Shown one piece after another: positions 39,300 through 52,499 of a stretch of DNA of 64,000 nucleotides. The notes beneath the pieces are model-generated. The model had not been told where the DNA came from, did not search any database, and was given only the letters and a program-made list of their open reading frames with translations. The DNA comes from Raillietiella orientalis (Eukaryota). The DNA is taken from the NCBI GenBank assembly GCA_036172245.1, contig JAYWIR010000020.1, positions 124,001 to 188,000 of the forward strand, in the 5' to 3' direction. Position 1 is the stretch's first letter. Each line of letters starts with the position of its first letter. The position numbers were made by a program, and so were the translations under genes.

Positions 39300-40100
39300 A
39301 GACTTCAGTTGCCTGCGTTGGCCATCATGTGGCTACGGCTTTCTCGTGAGGCATCGCACGTTGCTGGTTCGAATACCCGTAAAGGATCGACGCCGAGTTT
39401 GGATGCTTCGTGGGTTTCCAGTCCCCCAGAAGAATGAAGGTGATTGGCTGACACTTCGGGTTTGGCACTGGTAAGACACCTGCTCTCGTCAACGACCGGA
39501 TGTCCCGTTGGCTTGCCAGAATTGGGAATGGACCCTGCAGGATCCCCAGGAATCACATAGCAGGTTCCCTTCGGAGTCCAGCCCAAAGATAAAAGCAGGG
39601 AGTGTACTCTACCGCCGGAGTACTTCCTAGGCATTAGGGTGGGCCCTTCAGGGTTTCCCGCTCGACGTTTTGCACCCACCAAATTGCATGGCAATGCATG
39701 ACAATGAAAGAGTCTAATAGGCCCCTATGTGGCGGAGTTATCAAGCCTCTTCGATGCCCCTATGGGGGCAAGAAACAGTTCTTGAGTACCTGAAAAAACA
39801 AAGAACACAACCTCCCCTTTCCCCAAAATTCTGCAAGGACGCGGAAAACAGCAAATAAAAGAGCATAAAGAGTTTTGTTGGAGCACAAACTGAAAAGTGT
39901 GTCTGTGTTCTTCCACGACACCCAAACCTAGTTTATCAAAACTTGCAAGCTTATTGAAAAGACAGTTATGGCTCTGACCTGAAATCAATAAACCTTGTTT
40001 CCAGCGGCACAAAGGCATGGAACAAGATGGTAATGGCAACCATCTATGCGGAAAAGCAGTGCTTGTAAATAAGACATTATCACTGCTTTGACAACTTTCT
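39300..40100 (-). mobile_element. Decayed ORF1-like remnant upstream of ALDH7A1
   Basis: FRIDGCHYHLVPCLCAAGNKVY, then after a frameshift ISGQSHNCLF, resembles IPxxLxIAGxKVxIxYxGQxxxCF. A more GC-rich, Pro/Gly/Ser-rich tail follows at 39300-39700. Confidence 0.33.
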
Positions 40101-41646
40101 GCTTTTTGCGAAACTTTTCGACAGAGTGGGAGAAAGACGGGTAAAACCCCTTCGTAGTACCTCTAAATTGTGTATCTGAAAGACTCGAATGACACCTAGA
40201 AATGTTAGTTTAATCAACGTAAGGGATAATCCAATGTTCTTCAAAGAATTAAATTGGCTTTGTTCGTGTTCATGTTTTCAGAATTTTTGGTCAGACTAAA
40301 TTATGCTCATACACCAATCCAAGTGATTTTGTTTGGAATCTTAATTCTCCAGTAAAAAAATGACTAGACAAAACTTAATTTGGCTCAGCTTTTAACTTAC
40401 AAATTAAAAATGAAGATTTAGATAACCCAAGTATTCTAAATTGGCTTCGATTTGCTTGTTTCGTCACAGAATGTTGCCAGGAATGTCAGATGGTCAGGAG
40501 TGGATGTAAGTTTAATTTGCATTTGCTCGTTTGAAGTACATAAGCTATAGACCTTAAAGTTCCTGATGACCAAATCCGTTGTTCACCCATATAGAATGTC
40601 AAGTGTAGATGATTATGGTATTTATTCGTAGTAAATTACACTGTAGTAGTTGTCCATAAAATTAAAAAGCAGAGCTATGCTAGAGCGCATTTCTTGGCAC
40701 TTAATAAAGATGCACTACAGTCTGAGCTAATTTCTGTAGTCTTCTTCACCACCATACAATGGCGGTAAAGCATCTCTTGTATTTTCAAACTCATTCTTCA
40801 TCAGCTTTTGAAACTTCTTTTCTGAAATCAATGAAAAATTCTTCCTTGAAATGTCATCTATCTAAGATTTAATAATAACAATATAGCTTTTCTTACCTAA
40901 AAATAGCTAAGGTTTAATTAAATCCAGTTTGAACGATTTGGACTGCATTTGAATTTTGAATTTGAATTCCTTCTGATAAAATGGAATATTTATCATCATG
41001 ATTTTGCTGAAGGACTGGCAGCAAGTGAATTATAGGTAATTTAATTGCTGAAGCGTTCTGGCAGTTCATTATTCTTTTCGTATAAATGAAATGAATTGCA
41101 TTTCCGGAATCGCAATAATATTTCCATCATGATCAAATGAAGTGCCAAGCTTTCTGAATGATATGGTTTTAGATTATTGTCCAATTTTTCATATTTCATT
41201 TCTTTTAGGAAAAGCATTTTGTTTCTTGCAAAGTGATTTCTTGAAATAAAAATAAATGTTCATACAGTTGCATGTAATTTTTCAATACGTTATTCTTGAA
41301 AACTAAAATTTCTGGGTTTTCTCTTCGAAAGTGATAAAAGCAATCTGCATGAAAAAAGATACGCTGCTTGATCATCACTGAAGATGTTTATCAGCTCAGA
41401 AACTAATGAACAAAATTGAAAAAAGCATCTTGGATGACTTAATCGAAACGCTCCGAACTGAGATGCATTTAAGCATTCATTTGAGTTTCAAAAATTCCTT
41501 CTGATCACAGGAGTATCATACACATAGCAGTTGCAACGTGTCGATTCTCAAATAGGCTAAAATCTTGCAGAAATTGTGGACAAGAATTTTTTAAAAATGC
41601 ACTGCGCTGATATTATTCTATGGTACTGTAGTATAACTTGGAATCT

Positions 41647-41661
41647 GCAAACAGTGCTGTC
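41647..41661. repeat. Target-site duplication, left copy
   Basis: GCAAACAGTGCTGTC, identical to 43270-43284. Confidence 0.95.
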
Positions 41662-43269
41662 TATCACCCAGGTGCGGCGGGGCGTTTATTGAAAAACTAT
41701 CCGGGAACAGAGTTCCCGGACAAAGGATACAGAGAAGACGAAGGTGGTGGGATCCCCGACACGCAGGTCGGTATACCGAAAGTCCGGAACGGGAGGGAGG
41801 GGACCACAAATACACCAGAATAAAAAAATATAAATAAAAATATGGAAGGCAGGGGACAGGGGTCTTTGGTTCGGCCGTTCCTTCCTTCAGAACCGGCAAT
41901 GGATGCCGGCGATCTCTCTCCTCACGCTCTCTGGTAGGTGGGCCCACTCGGCAGCCGACGACATGCTTGCGCTGACTAATCCGGTGGGCTGACGAAGGAT
42001 GGCCAGCTTCTGCAGCTCTCGGTGGGCCTTGTCGATGGCGCGGGTGCAACACACGGTTGCAACGACAGCACCTAAAGACAGGCCGCCTGGCGTGAAGAAG
42101 CGGCGCATCAAGTCTCTCGCAGTGTCCCCCTGGTGCAGGAGAGCTGAGGCCAGCCTCCGCCGCAGTCCTAGGAGGGCACTGCAGTCCAGGAGCAGGTGCT
42201 GGAGCGTTTCCATTTCCCCGCACCGCTTACAGTTTGGGGAGACAACTCCCCAGGAAACACGGTTTGTTTGCTGGTTGGAGTGAAAATCCCAATGCACCAG
42301 CATGACCACGTCCTGCTTCCACGAAAGGGGGAACACAGAAGTGTTCAAACAGGAGAGAGGGACCACAAGTTCTTCGGGGGGCACACTCAAGTGTTCACTC
42401 CACCGAAGGAGTCCCTTCGGGGTGTGGCGAGGCGTGGCGGCGTCTGCCAGCTCGCAAGTCCTCCAGCCGCCAATGGGTCGTGTTCCAGCGATGGTGCAGG
42501 CGACCTCGCATCTCGCCGGTTCGCAGCTGTCATCTCTTGCCCTGAGGGCTGACAGCGCGTCGGCGAGGGGCGTGACAGCCAGGCGAGTCCACTTCTTCTG
42601 GCTGTTGCACACCTCATCCACCGTGCAGTACGGGGAGAGGTGAGCGCACCGGAGTTCCAGGAGGGAAACATCCTGGTGCTTTGCCCAGCCATGCAACGGT
42701 TCCTGCCGCCAGGCTTCAAAGTTCGTTGGGCGGCAGGAAATCCATTCCTGGATTTCCAGGAGCCGGTAGAGGGGTTTCAACGGGAAACCGAAGCTTCTCG
42801 TGGCGCGCTCCGTATGCGGCCGCAGAAGTCCATCGCAGCCGGTGCAGCGCCGCAGGAGCAGGCGCGCGGGAGCGCACCACGGAGTGGACCAAAGGTTGGC
42901 GCACAGGGCCAACATCCGAAGCTGCACCTGCAGCTCGATTCTCTCCAGCGTCAGGATGCCTAAGCCAGCATCCCGACGCGGAGCCGCCAAGTCTTTCAGG
43001 CGGATCCTGGACCTCGCAGGTCCCCACAGAGCGTTCCTCAACAGGCTGTGCGCCTGGAGCTTGGCCGCGTAGGGGGGCGGGCAAACAAAAAGCAGGGGGC
43101 GCAAGAGGGGGGCAACGAAAGTGTTCCATATCGCGGCCCGCTCCGACAGGAGGAACCTGCCATCGTGGAACGGGCTCAAAGCACTCGTAGCCTTCCGAAG
43201 GCAGTCCGACCACACTTCCACTGGGCTGATGTTCCCCAGTGGAACGCCCAGATATTGCATGGACGAAGC
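41662..43269 (-). mobile_element. Young 5'-truncated L1/Tx1-type non-LTR retrotransposon (1608 bp)
   Basis: A GC-rich island in AT-rich DNA, bounded exactly by a 15-bp direct repeat. The ORF2 C-terminus is uninterrupted: RT thumb YLGVPL, LAAPRRDAGLGIL, CCHC finger CKRCGEMETLQHLLLDC, stop at 41889-41887. The 225-nt 3' UTR has a hairpin at 41700-41720 and AATAAA at 41690-41685. Confidence 0.95.
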
Positions 43270-43284
43270 GCAAACAGTGCTGTC
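43270..43284. repeat. Target-site duplication, right copy
   Basis: GCAAACAGTGCTGTC, identical to 41647-41661. Confidence 0.95.
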
Positions 43285-44199
43285 AAGTTCTCTTAAACGC
43301 ATGAATCTATATTGTATTTTACATAATATGCTTTATAGTATTTGATTCCAAATTTTTCTTATTAATGTCCCCACAAAAATTAAGATAAATGTTTGTCCAC
43401 ATACTCTTTGAAGATACTGTTTTCAAATATGACTTTGCATTATATCAGCAATCAACGAATGATTATCAATAAACAACGAATGATTGAAAAGTATCTCCTA
43501 AAGGAAAACACCTTAATATTGCATTAAGTTAGCATGAAGATACAGAAATAGAGTGACATTTTTTTAATTTGGAGGACTTGATGAAACATACCCTTGACTG
43601 ATTAAAGGATTTATAGAAGTTTTAAATGATAAAAAGTTTGCGATGCATGCAAAGTTTTGATAAGCAAATTTTCTGTATGCAATGTCAACAGTTCAAAATC
43701 TAAAGCTTCAAACTCAGACTTGACATTAAAAAAATTGCTTAAATACAGAAAGAAGAAAACGAGGTGATTGGCTCCGCATCCTCCCAATAGATCAAATTTC
43801 TTAATGTGGAGTTATGAAATCAGCGCAATTTAGTAACCAGTTTGGCTTACCAAAATAACTGTGAAAGCTCCAGTTTACCCCATTTTCATTTGTAACACAT
43901 TGTCCACTGACGCGCATTGCACCCCCTTTAATCCTCAAAGTTGACAATTAGGAGAATTAGGGTCGGTAATGGATAACGAATGAAAACTAATCCACATGCC
44001 TTGGACATGATGATAATTATGCAAGGAACAAACAAGTATATGATCTTTCATAAATTTGTAAATCAAGAGGAAACAAGCCGACAATCGAAATCGGGAAGGA
44101 ATGCTTGGGTGCTTTTGTTCTGCCACAACCAAGGAGGCATAGCGCCGTTCTTTCTTGAATGATTCCTGGGGTTTGTGACAGCTAGAAGTACGACTATGC

Positions 44200-44760
44200 T
44201 TAAGAATCAGCTCCAGCCTGAGGGCACAGTGAGACAGCAACTCCGTAGTTCAGCTCAGAACAGCTTCTAGAGACGGCTTATCGTGTTCCCACCAGAAACG
44301 TTTCTCTCTCTGTCACCAAAATGGAGCAACACACATTCAGAGTACACAACACATCAATGTGCTTTGCCATTCTGATATGGTCTTCCTGCATGACACCCAG
44401 TGGCCAATGCAGGTGTTGATGTGGTACTTAAAAACATGTTAACGGTCTTGTTCCACAAGAAAGGTAAGGTCTCCAAGTTTTCACCCTCCAAGCGTGGGGC
44501 TAGCCAAGACTGATGTGCAATACGCTAAAGCGTTAGGCTGCCTATTTAATTCTTTGTAAAGATACCTTAGATCTGCAAAAACGGATCAGATAAGGACGTA
44601 CAATAATAAGCAATAACAATTTATAGAGAATTTGAAGGATGTTTTCAGTTCCAATTAGCAGTCTCAACAAGGATATTCTTCTGGACCTTTCAGGAAGCCT
44701 TACAATACGACTTAGGCCCAGAATATGCATACATGGATTCGGGTGGTGATAATAAGATAT
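44200..44760 (+). mobile_element. Old LINE RT remnant
   Basis: KNQLQPEG resembles KxPGPDG. GRTIISNNNL*RI*RMF...DILLDLSGSLTIR resembles GRSIxDN...LLDLSKAFD. Confidence 0.33.
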
Positions 44761-46098
44761 GAAAATAACGACCGAGAGTGGTATTTAATACCGATACAAA
44801 ATTACGCCAAGTTTTTACACGAATTTGTAAAGATAGAGCTGGAAAATAACAGCATACATAAAAGCTTATGTCCTCCGGATCAACGTACTGGTTCTGAGGG
44901 CAAGTCATACCTGATGAATACGAAAGAGAATTCAAAATGTGAGAATACAACAGACTTCGGAAGAAAATAATTCGAGTCAACATTGTGTGCTAAACTGTTT
45001 TCCAATCAAAATAATCGAATGGCATAGTGCAATATAACGAGATTCTTTTTTTTAAAAAACGTGATTTTTATAGGGAATTTTTTTTTTAACAAATTTATCC
45101 TAGAATCTGTTTCTGTTTCGCAATACAGATTCTTGAACGAATTTGTTCATGTATTATGGATACTGTGTAGTTCCACTACAAATGAAAAGAAAGGGAGAGA
45201 AGAAAAACATTTAAAGTTATAAGAGCTGGTGGTACATAGCTGCTATACAAGTCACAAGTCCCCATAAGCATCATGACAAAATATGCGATGGAGTCATCAA
45301 CGTTTCCTAAGAAATACAAAGAACCTGTTAGAAGTCCTAAAGAGGTGACTCTAATAATAACTAATTAGTAATAACAACTGAAATTGCAGGCAGAAAAGAG
45401 CTAGAAAATTTTTTTCGAAAATATTTTTTCATCCAATGCAAGCGAAAGGCACATGAATAATGAGAGCTTCAGGAAGTCCAATGTTTGCTTGTAGTGTACT
45501 GAACTATGTCAAACTGACAGAAAAAACAGTGTGGCATGCAAGTTGTTGATGTGGGAGAAATTGATTGTGTAGAAAGATGAAACCCTATCAACTAAAAACT
45601 ACAAGGGTCTTAGATGTAAATAAGCTGGAGTGCCAATCCCACTCCCTGTTATCATAGAAGCTTAAACATGATGAAATCATTATTTAATGAGGTGCAATTG
45701 TATAATTTCTAAATCACATTCTGGAAATTCTTCTCATGATCACATTTCCAAATTAATAAAGACTGATCTCCTCAACTCCATGAATATTATAACTCATAGA
45801 ACCCATCTCCATATTTGTGGTCTTTAATGCAAGCCACAGGTTAAGGAAACTGTTTTTTCATAATGGCATCAAAGTCTTCCCTTCACAACCTTTCCAGTCC
45901 TTCAATTTCTCTGAATAACTCCAAATTTTTTATCCACTGACCAGAATTGATCATGGGAAACAAATATTTAGCAGTTTTCAATTTTCTCTTGCAATAAGAA
46001 AATACTCAAAACTTTTATATCGAGTAACTGCAAGTCGGAATTTTCCTGATATGTGGCTACTCACTAGAAATACACCAAAAGTAAGGTTTTGGAAAACC

Positions 46099-49000
46099 CT
46101 ACAATTTTACCCGATTCTTATTTGCAGTTAATTCATGACGTCTAAGAAGTGGTTCTATGGGATCAGGAGTATCATACTTTGTTGTAATCAAGTGCCTTGT
46201 GGCATGATGATTTCGAGATTGTATCACTCTACACAACTCTTCTCCATAATAACTAAGATATTTTTTATGAAACAATCATGAACAATGTTTTCACTTACCC
46301 TAATCCCTTTCTTTGATAAGGTAACTGCCCTTCACCTTCTAAAGGTTCTGGTATTCCCTGGGAACATTTACCCAAGCCTTGTCCTTGTTTCCAACCCTGC
46401 TGATGTAACATTCTCCAAGCAAATGGACTGCATATTGAACCAGAAGATAATTTGGTCCTTTTACTAATGTAATTTTTGTTTGAATACTTTGGAGGGCATG
46501 CTTTGCAAAATATGCTTTGTATTTTCTGACCAGATCTAAGCATATCACTATTACGGATCTCCAGGAAATCTCTAGCATCTTTATCTCCTCCTATTCCTAT
46601 CATCTTAAATAAGACAAATGTTTCTATTTTTTTTAATTCACCATTATTATAGTAAGCCTCCATATCTACATCCCAGTCATCTGCAGTCTTAGCATCAAAG
46701 TCTCCCTCCTGTGCATCCCAATATTGTGCATCAGTATAGAAAACAACTCCAGGACCTCCTTTCTCCCAAACTAACTCAATTTCCTCTTCATATAATCTTT
46801 CTTTTATTCTATCTTGACTAGTTATATCATCCTGGAAACACTCGCCTCTTTCCCACTCTTCAACATCATCACCATCTTTCTAATGCATAAATTATATTAG
46901 TTTTGTTGATGTACTGGGTTCTTACCTCAGTGTTCTCAGAATGTACGCAATTCACAGAAAATCTGGAATGATACACTATGGAAGACATGGCTGAGGATTT
47001 ACCATTTTTACAGGCATCTTTATAGTTAAAGGGCACATTGCTGTACTTGCGCATATGCCTAGAATATACGAATTCAGGATGTAAATCATATAACTGCGTG
47101 AGTATAAACCTTAAAAATTGGTAATTTAATACACGGAATATCGATAAACAGTATACTCGTTTTTTTGATCACATAATTTCCGAATTTTCGGCATCAACTA
47201 TCAAACATATCTTCAGTAATGTATTGATGATCAAAATAATTAAATTAAACAACTCAAGTGCAATTGGGATGTTTTTATTCATTCAAAATCATGTATTTTC
47301 AATTCTCTTCTGTAAACTACGTTTGCCATTGGTTTTACACAGAACTTGAAAACTACTGGCTTTTTTGGATGCATAATGATGCATACAATAAAAACAAAGT
47401 TAGTGAACATGGATGTACAGTATCAGGCACATGTGATCATTCTCTGCTTAAGTTAAAATTTGCTTTGTAATTATAGACATACCAACAAATGATCATATGT
47501 CACTTGATCTAAAATGTTACATGTGATAATATGCAATGTCATAAAAATACCACATTTGATGGTTACAGAGATTTTTTAAAACAAAGATATGACACACAGC
47601 AACACCAATCACACAATTTGCATTACTCAGTAAGGAGATATTCTTGGAGATGCACTGGAGTTTGTTGGAAAATAATACAACCATTTATGATGATGAATTT
47701 AAGTGATTTAAGTAAGTGGCACAAATGTCTGATATTTGTCTCTAATGTGAAATAAGTAAAAAAAAGTTAAACAGAAACAAGTAAAGGAAATGGCAAGAAC
47801 TGCAATTGATCTGCTACCAATAAGACAATGTTCATTTGTTTATCTTCTCTTTTGTCATATACTTTAAACATTACTTAATCAACAGTGAACAGACAAACCA
47901 GAATACTCTTCATGATTATGATTACCCTGGTCACAATTGACACATTATGAACACTTAAAAAAGCTGTTAGAAAGGCTATCTATAAGTAAAAATGGTTAGT
48001 TTAATTTTGCTAATGGTATTCCAAATTTGATATGTATGATCATGTAATCATCATGAAATTATTTTGCAGCACCTGAATATGAAATTTTGTTAATGAAATC
48101 CATGGGAGAGTACATAAACTGATCCATCTGCTTATAAAAGTTATAGGTAAACATAGTCTTTTTTCTGGCTATAGATAGATCTATCTACAATAAACTAAGA
48201 AAACCTTAGCACATAGCACTTAGCACAGTTCCAAAAAATGACCATAAAAGTAATTACTAATTCAGGAGTTTGAAATATTTATTTCTAAATATTTGTTTTA
48301 AATTCACTACCATAAAATAAAGTATTAATGTGCCCTCAAGTTTGTATTTGATTTTTTCCAGTTGATTCCACTTTATATGTATTTCAATTCTTTTTACTGG
48401 ATTTTGTTGGAAAGTTAGGTTTTCACCAATTTTGGCTTCCCATTGTAGGGTACTTTACAAAAAGAGTGCAATGATAAGCTGTTATGATCCTAGTTAACTT
48501 AAGTGTATAGCAAAATCGCAAATTCACCACAGTATGCAAGAAGGATGCAAATTTATAAAACAAAAAATATCAGTGAATTTACCCAAAAGGTCTTATAAGC
48601 TCCACTAAAAGAAATAAGTGAGACAGACTACATGAAACTACTTAGGGTGTCACAGATCGCTGACGAATAACATCATGATTACTAATTTACTGAGAAGAGT
48701 TTGTGATTTTACAATTTGAGGATTGACTTAGTGCATAAAGACAGTGTACACAGAATGAAATGAGAGAGGCATAAAAAAGAGGATTCAAAAAAACAGTCTT
48801 CATTCTTAAACTGATTATTGGGATTGGTTTGCAAATCGTTAAATCACCTTGACCACAATTTAACACATACTTTACGCAGGGTTTTTTTGTTTTGACTTAC
48901 ATGACCCAGCTTGTTACCATGCGAGGTTCACAATGGTGGAAAAAATACTTATGTTGGCTAGAGTTTTTTATACACTCAAAACTACTTTATATAAAATAGA

Positions 49001-49663
49001 AATCAAACGATCTCAAATTAAAATTCTAAAAAACTCTAAATAAATGCAGCACATGAGTTAAAAATGAAATAAAATTTCTACAATCACGATTGATTATTAT
49101 GAATGCAAATTAAAAGTTTACCTTGTTTTTGGAAACTGCAAGCCTAATTTGGAAATTATACCCGAAGGAAGTTGACACCTTTGAATGTACTTGAGAAATG
49201 TACTGGTAGATGTACCTACATTTCCATGAGGCATAAAAGGAGGAGGGTTAAGTTCAACAAGTTTTGATAATTCACTTTTATCCAAATCATTTTTTAAAGA
49301 TCTTATCTTGCATTTACATGACTGGATATCTCCTTTGTAGTCTATCCAAAAATCATCATTGTATGCACTAATGAATTCATTTGTGAACGCATCATTTATT
49401 CTAATGATACAACAAAATCTATTCACAACTTTATCCACGAGTTCCTGCACCTTTTCATAGACCTTATCAAATTCCCGTAAAAAGCGTCCCTCTGGTCTAT
49501 GACGGAAATGGAATATTTCAAACTTTTTGCTTTCAGTAAATGCAGAAAAGTGTGTTCTTAAATCACGCGTATGGAGATGTTTTGGAATATTATAAACAAG
49601 TAGATAACTTGCAGCTGAAACATTTTCACAGTCAACTGTAGAATCATTACTATATTCTGTCAT
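46099..49663 (-). CDS. GPATCH3: G-patch domain-containing protein 3, 5 exons, about 454 aa
   Basis: Exons 49663-49122, 47058-46926, 46879-46642, 46596 (or 46590)-46299 and 46252-46099; GT-AG and in phase. Motifs: NIPKHLHTRDLRTHFS, FHFRHRPE, LVELNPPPFMPHGNVGT, KLGLQFPKT, EEWER, EEEIELVWEKGGPGVVFYTDAQYW, ADDWDVDM, GGDKDARD, and the G-patch RMLHQQGWKQGQGLG...KGLGYYGE. Confidence 0.94.
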
Positions 49664-52499
49664 GATTAAGGGTTCCAGAGACTTAAGTAGCTAAACTCAT
49701 TACGTCCATCTTTCACAAAAACCTATTCTTCCAGACTCATCACATTTAATGAACTTTTACATTTAGGCAGCCCAAGCTACTAGCGTAGGAGAATTAACTC
49801 CGCTTTTAGATGCAAATGCAGATACATGAAATGACTGGTACTAAAAAAAAATAAACATACTTTCAAAAACACCGTTCCTTATGCGCAAAATGTTCCTACC
49901 AGTAGCAGAGTTCCCATGATTGTAACCTGTGATTTCGAAAAATGCTATATAAAATATATTGAAAATGTAGTCCACAAAATTCAGTTTTATTCAAAATTAT
50001 GAATGTTGAATTTTTCTTACTTTGGATGTTTAGATACTTCATGTAATTGCAGTATTACATAAATACACATTCATATAATGAACTGAATTCAAAAAAAATG
50101 CATTCAGAAAACTTTAAACTTAAACAAATCTTGACATTGCTTCTCTTAAAAAGTATTGAAGCTCCCTTCAAATTAAAAATATGCTTCGATAATACTGAAT
50201 GACTGATTATTTCAGGGATTTTATTTTTCCAACTTCAAAAATCATTCATATTTGATTAACCTCTAATATAAGTTCCGTAACTTTATGAAATTGAATCCCC
50301 ATAATAATTATGCTTACACTCAGTTTCAGATACAGAAATTGGTCGATTTTTAATTACGTTATGCGAAAACAGTTTCATTTTGAAATGAAAAATACACCAA
50401 GATCACACAAGCAATGGCAGATCAAAATTTAATACGAAAATTCTGAAATTCCTTACTCGAAATCACAAATTTCTGCATACTTTAAAAACTAACATGAAAT
50501 ACTGACAAGATAACATATTAGCGTAAAATCTAGTTCTTTTATATACACATATCCATAAGAATGTATTCAGAATTAAATGAGCGTGCACAAACAAATTACT
50601 GGTTTTCGTAACTTGACTTTATTTTACATTTGCGATAAGCATAGCTGGAGTTCTCGTTCACTGGGTAGTGATTCTCAATTATTCATTTACAGATAATATC
50701 AGTTTCTATCAGTTTCATCCTAATAAATGTGTGCGTCCCCAGTGTTAGTTCTTGGTTTCACAAAAGATATCTCATTGCATTGGATCATCCAATTTGGCCT
50801 GTGATTCTCTTCTTTATGTGTTCCGCTGCTTTAATCTCTCGGCTTCATTTTACACTGAACGTTTTTTTACAATCTTTTCCTAATGGTGAACATAGAAGTT
50901 CATTCAAGTTTGAGGTTCCTTTCGATCAAGTCATTAAAAAAAGTTATTACAGAGGTATTCAGAAGTTTGTTTCAGAATTATAAGTTCTTGTATATCTGAA
51001 AAATGTTTGATTGCGAGCCAGTGGGATAACTAAAATGTTTTTTATCTCACTTACTACATTTATGGCATTAGTTTATTAATATTTAAGACATTTCGGAAAT
51101 GTTCATTCCAATTTGAATTTTAATCAATATTTGAGATACGACGATCTCAACACGAGAAAAAAAAATAAAATAGGACAATATTACTAATTTATTTTCAAAA
51201 GATAATCCAATAAAGAAATATTTGAATACTTCATTAGGCTAAAGAATTCGTAACCATTTTCTATGGTATGTTTCATATATGTGAGCCACTGTCATGTCCC
51301 ATCTTTCATTTCTTTATGCCTTTGTGCAATAACATAAATACATAAAATAATACATGAAATAATCAAATCTTTGGCGCTGGAAATTTTGTTATTTCAAAGT
51401 CAAATTTCACTTCACCTATAATTCATATTGGAACATAAAGTATAAAGACTTCTTGCCAGCTGCAATTTTTAGATTTTTATTTTTGTAGGCAAAGAACTTA
51501 GCTCCCTTAGACGCAGCACTCTCTCAATATGTTAATTTTAGCAGATTTGGGGCATTTCTAATTTTTGCATCTATCGGTTTGCAAAACTATTGAAGATGTG
51601 CTTGAAATGCAGTTGCAATTCATGTATTTCATTTCAGGGTTTTGGAGCTATCTTACATATCTAATGCTCGGTTGCATTTAATATTAATATTGTGTGAATC
51701 TAAATGGAGCTTTTGATCTTTCTACCATATAGTGTTGAATGATCTACAAATAGTGTCGCGTGAGGATTTCCTATGGTATGCTTTCCCTCATTCATTCCGG
51801 TTGATGTATATTTTCAACATATGATAAAGTTTCGGTCTGCACGTAGTCAATGCAATTTTGGAAAGTCCCATATGGCAGTGGAAAATAATTTGAACAAATG
51901 CTCGCTCCTGGTCAGCACTGAATGATGAAACGCACACTCTTTAGTCTCCGCGTAGAGTGCATGTAGAAAGTTTCTTCGAAGAGTTTCTCTTTGTTTTGGC
52001 AGCTGTTCTTTCATATGCATATTTCGAACTTGAGATTCGCAAATTTCTTCCTTCATTCTTATTTAGGAATGGCACTTCTTTGCTCCTCATTTGTTTTCCT
52101 ATTCTGAGCTTTATTCTCTGAAATATGGTTTGCGATTCACGCCGCGATTTGTCATTGCTGCAAAAAATTAATCTAATAATATATATCTGCTTATTATGTG
52201 TGAGCTACTGCACTGAAAATGAGGAGCAAACACAATCAAAATTAAGTCGTGAGTGCCAAAATCCTACTCCATTCACAACAGGGAATTCGCGTTCCTTAGT
52301 ACCTAGTGCTCTTTTCAAAGTTCCGAATCACATTCTTCAGGGCATTCTCATCACATGACTTTCCTCTGGTTGTCTTTCATAACCGACCACTGAATAGACA
52401 CTCTCACATCAGCCGAGTCTTAATTTTGACTCGTCTCAGCACGAAGTTCCCACAGTTCGGTCCTATGGAATTGTCGATTCCTGCATTCATTACTTGTCT

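Noticed and set aside
41618..43345. Alternative-frame and antisense ORFs over the young LINE
   Set aside because: Shadows of the GC-rich ORF2.
44905..44935. CTGATGA-atac-GAAA minimal hammerhead-like string
   Set aside because: No helix II and no flanking helices.
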